In this document: piece after piece, positions 35,084 through 36,365 of the stretch
Layout: every line of letters starts with the position of its first letter
Numbering within the stretch: the stretch's first letter is position 1
Source of the DNA: Acidimicrobiia bacterium
GTDB lineage: Bacteria; Actinomycetota; Acidimicrobiia; Acidimicrobiales; Bin134
NCBI GenBank assembly: GCA_022821105.1
Contig: JAJEEH010000266.1
Coordinates: forward strand, 1-36,365
Reading direction: 5' to 3'
Length of the DNA: 36,365 bases
Notes under the pieces: generated by a model
Database searches by the model: none
What the model was told of the DNA's origin: nothing
The model's input: the letters and a program-made list of their open reading frames with translations, nothing else
Translations under genes and position numbers: made by a program

Positions 35084-36365
35084 ATGCTTGTCAAGAAGCA
35101 TTGGAAGATTTGGCTCGCGCTGTTTGCAGTTCTTGCCTTGGTTGTCGCGGCTTGCGGCAATGACGATGATGATGAACCGGGGGCCGGTCCGGCCGAGGAG
35201 GCTCCGGCCGCTCCCGAGGAGGAGGCTCCGGCCCCTGACATGCCTGGTGAAGGTGTGAGTGTGACTATGGCTCGGGCCGACTGGAGCACTGGCTACATGC
35301 AGGCGGCCATCTATCACCACCTGCTGGAGGAGCTCGGCTATGACGTGAGCGAGCCAGCTGACCTTGAGCTCTCCCCGGCGAACGCGTATGTGGCCATGGC
35401 CGAGGGGGCGTTCGACTTTTGGGTCAACTCGTGGTACCCGAACCATGATCCGTTCTTCAACGGCGAGATGCCCGACGGGTCTTTGGTTAACCAGCATGTG
35501 TCGGTGGTGGGCAGTGAAATGCTCGCCGGCGGCCTTGAGGGGCTGATGACCAATAAGTCGCTGGTGGACGAGCACGGGATAACCACGTTCGACCAAATCG
35601 TGAATGACGACGCTTTGTTCGAGCTGTACGAGTCGACCGACCCGAACCCCGGCGACGGCGTCCTCCAGATCCTGGGCTGCATTGAGGGCTGGGGTTGCCA
35701 TGTGGCTTTGGCCGAGACGATCGAGTTGGCTGGCTACGCCGACCGAGTGGAGCAGCTAGAGGTTGGCGGATACGACGCGATCATCGCCGAGGCGGTGGCC
35801 CGGGCCGAAGCCGGGACACCGTTCATCGCCTACACCTGGACTCCGAGCGGTTATGTCACCCAGCTGATCCCGGGTGACAACGCCATGTGGCTGGCGCACG
35901 AGGCCGACAAGGTGCACGACGGTTCCACCGACAACCCGGGCTTCGTGGTCACCGCTCCGGCTTCGCTGAGCACCGATGTGTGTACGAACGATCCGTGCTG
36001 GCTGTTCCGCAACTCTGCCGACATCAAAGTCACGGCCAACAACGACTTCCTCGTAGCGAATCCGTCAGCGGCGAGGCTCTTTGAGCTGGTGGAGATCAGC
36101 GTGGTCGACGTGGCAATCCAAAACGTGCTCTACAACGGCGGCGAGGACACCACCGACGACGTGAACCGCCACGCCGCCGATTGGATCGCCGACAACCGCG
36201 ACACCGTCGACGGCTGGCTCGCCGAAGCCCGCAGCGCCACCGAATTCACAATTACGCCGGTGGCGGCGCCTGAGCCCGCCGCTCCGTTCCGCGTCGCGGT
36301 GGTTGCACCGAGCGCAAGCAACGACTTGGCGTTCACCCAGAGCATGTTCGATGCCGTGAACGCTT
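35084..36365 (+). CDS. proX: ProX-type substrate-binding lipoprotein fused to a BMP-like domain; truncated at the window end (absent from the ORF track)
   Basis: GGAGG then ATG 35084. Hand translation: MLVKKHWKIWLALFAVLALVVAAC (lipobox)..'MARADWSTG..LLEELGY..GCIEGWGC..YTWTPS..WIADNRDTVDGWLAEA' then 'FRVAVVAPSASNDLAFTQSM'; open to the end. Confidence 0.88.
   Translation, partial: MLVKKHWKIWLALFAVLALVVAACGNDDDDEPGAGPAEEAPAAPEEEAPAPDMPGEGVSVTMARADWSTGYMQAAIYHHLLEELGYDVSEPADLELSPANAYVAMAEGAFDFWVNSWYPNHDPFFNGEMPDGSLVNQHVSVVGSEMLAGGLEGLMTNKSLVDEHGITTFDQIVNDDALFELYESTDPNPGDGVLQILGCIEGWGCHVALAETIELAGYADRVEQLEVGGYDAIIAEAVARAEAGTPFIAYTWTPSGYVTQLIPGDNAMWLAHEADKVHDGSTDNPGFVVTAPASLSTDVCTNDPCWLFRNSADIKVTANNDFLVANPSAARLFELVEISVVDVAIQNVLYNGGEDTTDDVNRHAADWIADNRDTVDGWLAEARSATEFTITPVAAPEPAAPFRVAVVAPSASNDLAFTQSMFDAVNA

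Overview
High-GC actinobacterial chromosomal segment; the gene set resembles Acidimicrobiia, which is an inference. From left to right: (1) a SigM-like ECF sigma factor with a membrane anti-sigma factor, divergent from a DUF4349-like lipoprotein that has a GGAAC-N17-CGTC ECF promoter. (2) A ~9 kb, visibly less GC-biased Tad/Flp pilus operon (SAF/CpaB, MinD-like, CpaF, TadB, TadC, Flp, two TadE, TadG-like) ending in a 958-aa transmembrane LysM/SARP-BTAD protein; it sits directly behind hpt, where ftsH is commonly found. (3) Core genes sigH-rshA, a 58-aa membrane protein, a zincin, tilS and hpt. (4) A lipid/steroid-type catabolic region: acyl-CoA dehydrogenase, methyltransferase, two P450s, an orphan iron-binding lipoprotein with IdeR/DtxR-like boxes, a Baeyer-Villiger monooxygenase and three tandem, mosaic 756-aa arylsulfatases. 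(5) A rhomboid-like protein and a ProVWX-type ABC operon with an extended ProW and a ProX fused to a second, BMP-like binding domain that runs off the window. No rRNA, tRNA, CRISPR array, integrase or transposase was recognised.
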